From Patescibacteria group bacterium (GTDB lineage Bacteria > Patescibacteriota > Microgenomatia > Daviesbacterales > UBA10151), in NCBI GenBank assembly GCA_038064895.1, contig JBBTSA010000002.1, positions 8,942-72,941 of the forward strand: a stretch of DNA of 64,000 bases, in the 5' to 3' direction. Shown piece by piece: positions 61,162 to 64,000 of this stretch. How positions within the stretch are numbered: position 1 is the stretch's first letter; the number at the start of each line of letters is the position of its first letter. Position numbers and translations under genes: made by a program. Under the pieces are notes generated by a model. It did not search any database, was not told the DNA's origin, and worked only from the letters and a program-made list of their open reading frames with translations.

Positions 61162-61682
61162 TGGCAGACGATCAACAAAAACAAGATCAACCACAAGTCA
61201 AAGACACTAACCAAAGTGGAAGTGCTGAAGAGCCTAAACTTGAAGAAAAACCGGTTCCAAAACCAGTCAAAGATACTGAGCAAAGTCGAAGTATATCAGC
61301 CAGTTTAGAAAAGATAATTGAACAAATAGAAAAATTATCAGTTCTTGAACTAGCTGATTTAGTACATGCTTTGGAAGACAGGTTTGGTGTTAGCGCATCA
61401 GCACCAGTAGCTGTTGCAACATCAGGAGCAGAAGGTGGACCCGCAGCAGGCGAACCGGAGGAAGAAAAAACTACATTTAATGTTATTCTTTCAGCATCTG
61501 GTGCTAATAAAATTGCAGTTATTAAAGCTGTAAGAGAACTTGTTCCAACTTTAGGGCTTAAAGAAGCTAAAGATTTGGTAGAAGCAGCTCCAAAACCAGT
61601 ACTTGAGAGTGTCAACAAGCAAACAGCAGAAGAGGCTAAGACAAAATTAACAGCCACAGGAGCTACAGTTGAATTACAATAA
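61161..61682 (+). CDS. rplL: 50S ribosomal protein L7/L12 with ~45-aa N-terminal extension
   Basis: C-terminal domain [56 protein letters not shown]. Start overlaps the rplJ stop. Confidence 0.85.
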   Translation: MADDQQKQDQPQVKDTNQSGSAEEPKLEEKPVPKPVKDTEQSRSISASLEKIIEQIEKLSVLELADLVHALEDRFGVSASAPVAVATSGAEGGPAAGEPEEEKTTFNVILSASGANKIAVIKAVRELVPTLGLKEAKDLVEAAPKPVLESVNKQTAEEAKTKLTATGATVELQ

Positions 61683-61721
61683 CAGGATAAGAGTATATAG
61701 TTTCTAGTTACTCATTACCTA

Positions 61722-61750
61722 TTGACATCCTCTGAAACCATGTGATATAT
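61722..61750 (+). promoter_or_regulatory. Sigma-70-like promoter TTGACA-17-ATATAT upstream of the excisionase-family gene
   Basis: ttgaca 61722-27, spacer tcctctgaaaccatgtg, atatat 61745-50 (TGn-extended). Confidence 0.45.
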
Positions 61751-61805
61751 ATTGAGACAGAATGGCTGATGAAGATCATAAATGATCTTCTCTGACCATA
61801 TAAAT

Positions 61806-62042
61806 ATGGCAGATAAATTATCACTTGAGAATCTCCCTGACCTTTTAACTGTTAGAGAAGTTGCTGAAGTTTTAAGGGTCTCCCCTTTAACCATCAAGAG
61901 ATGGGGTAAAAGAGGAAAACTCCCTGCAATAAGAATAAATTCCAGAGGAGATAGAAGATATAAGAAAGAAGCCGTGCTATGGTTACTAGGAATAACTCAG
62001 AAAAACACCGGAACTGAATCAAGTACACCAACCACCTATTAA
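61806..62042 (+). CDS. Excisionase-family / MerR-like HTH DNA-binding protein
   Basis: LLTVREVAEVLRVSPLTIKRWGKRGKLPAIRINSRGDRRYKKEAV matches the excisionase-family HTH pattern. Preferred start is MADKLS at 61806. Confidence 0.55.
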   Translation: MADKLSLENLPDLLTVREVAEVLRVSPLTIKRWGKRGKLPAIRINSRGDRRYKKEAVLWLLGITQKNTGTESSTPTTY

Positions 62043-62157
62043 ATTTCTAATTACTAATTTCTAATTGACCTAAATAATGACTTAATGTCTAATGTCCCAA
62101 TTTAGTCATTTGGTCATTGGGATTTGATTAGAAATTAGGTTAATTAGGTTAATTAGG
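62041..62157 (-). repeat. ~110-bp AT-rich repeat element (copy 2, inverted relative to 54252-54359)
   Basis: Reverse complement aligns at ~85% identity with copy 1, including the CAATGAC/GTCATTG hairpin and AATTAGAAATT units. Confidence 0.75.
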
Positions 62158-62236
62158 GCAATTTAGCACTTTACTACTCTATTCTGCTAATTACCGATGA
62201 ATATGTTGTCCTAAAGCCAAATCCGCCAGCAGCGGA

Positions 62237-62743
62237 TCATTCAGTAGCTATTTGTGGACGAACCGAATAGTTTGGATTTTGTTCAAAACTAATTTCTCCC
62301 TTTTTCTCAATAATATAGTAAGCAAAACCCTGCTTTTCTAAAATAGGCTTTAAATCTTCCAAAGCAGAATCAAGAAAACCAATCCTTAAAACTGCTAAAA
62401 AGCTACTGCCTGTATTCACAATGCACATTCCCCATCCTGCCGGCAGCAAAACCTGTTTTCCGGGATTTAAACTTACCACCTTAAATTCCTTTGCCTCTCC
62501 TTTCTCATCATTCCTTTGTATAATAAATATTCCCTTCCCATATAAACACTGATAGGTCTGCAGTCCGGGAAAATTACTAAAATAGCCCAGGGTTTTATTA
62601 AATTCTATTCCATTCTTTCCGGGAGATAGCACAATTATAGCTTGTTCGTTATCCGAAATTATATAGTATGGAGTTTTTATAGCTCCTCTTACGCCTTTCA
62701 TCAGTACAGGTTTTAAATCTTTTTTTGTTTTGGAAATTACCAT
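62237..62743 (-). CDS. Cupin-fold protein (possibly cupin-type sugar-phosphate isomerase)
   Basis: 168 aa. GKGIFIIQRNDEKGEAKEFKVVSLNPGKQVLLPAGWGMCIVNTG is a beta-barrel cupin-like segment. Tentative. Confidence 0.4.
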   Translation of the reverse strand: MVISKTKKDLKPVLMKGVRGAIKTPYYIISDNEQAIIVLSPGKNGIEFNKTLGYFSNFPGLQTYQCLYGKGIFIIQRNDEKGEAKEFKVVSLNPGKQVLLPAGWGMCIVNTGSSFLAVLRIGFLDSALEDLKPILEKQGFAYYIIEKKGEISFEQNPNYSVRPQIATE

Positions 62744-62758
62744 ATATTTTTAAGAATA

Positions 62759-63520
62759 TCACACTTTGTCATCTCCATGAAAGTCTTTCGAATTCCTTAT
62801 CAAATACCACACATATTTTAGAAGGGCAAATTGTCTTTTTATTCTCCAGGGCTGCAATATTAGCCTGAACAACCATTCAAATCCTAAATTCCTTATCCAG
62901 ATTGGTGCTCTTTGCACTCTACCTGATAGATAATCAAATGCCCCGCCAACACCCATGGCTACCTTAACATCCAAGTTTGGTAAATTTTTTGCAATCCATT
63001 TTTCCTGTTTTGGTGGACCAAAAGCTACAAAAAGAATATCTACCTCATCGTCATTGCGATCCCGCACCATATGGTGCGGGAGTGGCAATCTTTTATTAAC
63101 AATGACATTCCCATTGTTATCAACCTCTCCACCATTTTCAGCGAAAACAATGTTAAGTTTTGGGTATTTTCGCAACAAGCACTTAGCACACCTTTCTGCT
63201 ACCCCGTCCCTAGCTCCTAAAAGGCCTATTGTGAAGCCCTTTTCGGAAGACAGCTTAATTAGCTCCTCCATAAAGTCTATCCCGGGAATATGACAAACTA
63301 TATCACCTGTTAATCTTAATCCCTTTCCATCAGGAATAGCCAGATCTGCTTTATTGATAATATCCAGAATCCTCTTATCACTCCGTGCCATCATTACAAT
63401 CTCGGGATTAGGGGTAACAATGTAGTGCTTTTTGCCATTTTCCAACCATTTCTCCACCACTTTTATAGCCTGTTCCATATTTACATCATCAATTTTTACT
63501 CCAAGAACATACTTTTTCAT
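62759..63520 (-). CDS. WecB/TagA/CpsF-family glycosyltransferase with in-frame palindromic-element insertion
   Basis: MKKYVLGVKIDDVNMEQAIKVV...HYIVTPNPEIVMMA...GFEWLFRLILQPWRIKRQF are TagA/WecG motifs. The PLPHHMVRDRND segment is encoded by the repeat at 63050-63090. Confidence 0.7.
   Translation of the reverse strand: MKKYVLGVKIDDVNMEQAIKVVEKWLENGKKHYIVTPNPEIVMMARSDKRILDIINKADLAIPDGKGLRLTGDIVCHIPGIDFMEELIKLSSEKGFTIGLLGARDGVAERCAKCLLRKYPKLNIVFAENGGEVDNNGNVIVNKRLPLPHHMVRDRNDDEVDILFVAFGPPKQEKWIAKNLPNLDVKVAMGVGGAFDYLSGRVQRAPIWIRNLGFEWLFRLILQPWRIKRQFALLKYVWYLIRNSKDFHGDDKV
63050..63090. repeat. Short-form palindromic element GTCATTGCGA-[CCCGCACCATATGGTGCGGG]-AGTGGCAATC inside the TagA-like CDS
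   Basis: Family arms plus a perfect 20-bp GC palindrome. In-frame in the CDS. Confidence 0.7.
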
Positions 63521-64000
63521 TTTGCTGCTTCCTCCAAAATTTTTAGGGTTTCTTTCGCAGTTTTCTCCCAAGAGAATCTTTTTACATTCTCAAATCCGGC
63601 TTTAACGATTTGAGATTTGACATTTGAGATTTGACATTTTCCCATACCTTTAACTATATCATCTACAGAATACGGATTTACATATATTGCCCCTTTCCCG
63701 GCCACTTCAGGCATGGAGGATATGTTAGAAGTAACAACCGGACATCCACAGGCTTGAGCTTCCAAAATAGGCAGGCCAAAACCTTCAAAAAGGGAGGGAA
63801 ATGTTAAAGCTATGGCCCCCGAATACAAAGCCGGCAGATCTTTATCAGGCACATAGCCTAAGAACTTCACTTTATCCTCTATTCCAAGCTCCTTTGGCAA
63901 TCTATATATTTCATCTGCTAGCCAGCCTTTGGAACCTGCTATGACTAAATGAATGTCATTGCGAGGGTTCGAAAAACCCGAAGCAATCTTTTTTTGAGAG
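63517..64000 (-). CDS. Glycosyltransferase family 1 (GT4-like), C-terminal part (N-terminus beyond window end), with in-frame palindromic element
   Basis: EGFGLPILEAQACGCPVVTSNISSMPEV (EX7E region) and HLVIAGSKGW. The frame stays open to the window edge and passes through the repeat at 63955-63988 (…IASGFSNPRNDIH…). Confidence 0.7.
   Translation of the reverse strand, partial: SQKKIASGFSNPRNDIHLVIAGSKGWLADEIYRLPKELGIEDKVKFLGYVPDKDLPALYSGAIALTFPSLFEGFGLPILEAQACGCPVVTSNISSMPEVAGKGAIYVNPYSVDDIVKGMGKCQISNVKSQIVKAGFENVKRFSWEKTAKETLKILEEAAK
63955..63988. repeat. Short-form palindromic element GTCATTGCGAG-GGTTCGAAAAACCCG-AAGCAATC inside the GT1 CDS
   Basis: Canonical arms of the family with a small GC hairpin core. 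In-frame. Confidence 0.7.

Noticed and set aside
61187-61657. 156-aa antisense ORF inside rplL, and similar shadow ORFs
   Set aside because: Ser/Ala-rich low-complexity translations opposite strongly supported genes. The similar shadow ORFs are 6906-7319 and 7341-7532 in the Clp gene, 53750-54236 in nusG, 23796-24616 in fmt and 55011-55238 in rplA.
1-64000. Search for rRNA genes, integrase/transposase genes and CRISPR-Cas loci
   Set aside because: No rRNA-like conserved stretches, no DDE/tyrosine/serine recombinase motifs and no cas genes were recognised. The only mobility-related call is the excisionase-family HTH at 61806.

Overview
This 64-kb window is a low-GC, gene-dense bacterial chromosome segment, read directly from the sequence without any database search.

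Core genes present: pyrG (5' part, minus strand), topA, a membrane-anchored double-AAA+ Clp-type ATPase, dprA, and the block mreB / pyrF-pyrE-pyrC-pyrD (opposite strand) / mreC-mreD-PBP2. Also def-fmt, rpmB, an M50 site-2 protease, tRNA-Thr(UGU)-tRNA-Thr(GGU)-rpmG-tRNA-Trp(CCA), a class-A PBP, and secE-nusG-rplK-rplA ... rplJ-rplL.

Several traits together suggest a small-genome Patescibacteria/CPR-like organism; this is inference only. The traits are a TIGR02436 four-helix-bundle gene, N-terminally extended L1, L7/L12 and NusG, receiver-only response regulators, an O-antigen-ligase/TPR fusion, a lone KAS-III, a lone pyrimidine pathway, and many TA modules.

Accessory material is abundant. It includes at least 4 VapBC-type TA pairs (RHH/PIN and AbrB/PIN), an AbiEii module, an orphan Phd antitoxin, several GC-richer orphan genes, and a GH1 beta-glucosidase with a DMT transporter.

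The most striking region is a ~10-kb island directly downstream of the PBP1A gene. It carries two tandem cassettes of giant membrane-anchored or secreted proteins, one with a PP2C phosphatase domain and one an HEXXH/Ig-like protein. Each cassette ends with an overlapping, mutually homologous small single-pass membrane protein. The island is delimited by three copies of the last ~30 nt of the PBP1A gene.

One theme recurs: insertions accompanied by short duplications of gene ends (topA, def, fmt, PBP1A 3'/5' ends). A second recurring feature is a dispersed palindromic element family (GTCATTGCGAG...CGAAGCAATC) that sits in-frame inside several CDS. A third is a ~110-bp AT-rich repeat present as an inverted pair bracketing the rplKA-[4.7-kb insertion with a two-component system]-rplJL block.

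No rRNA gene or CRISPR array was found.
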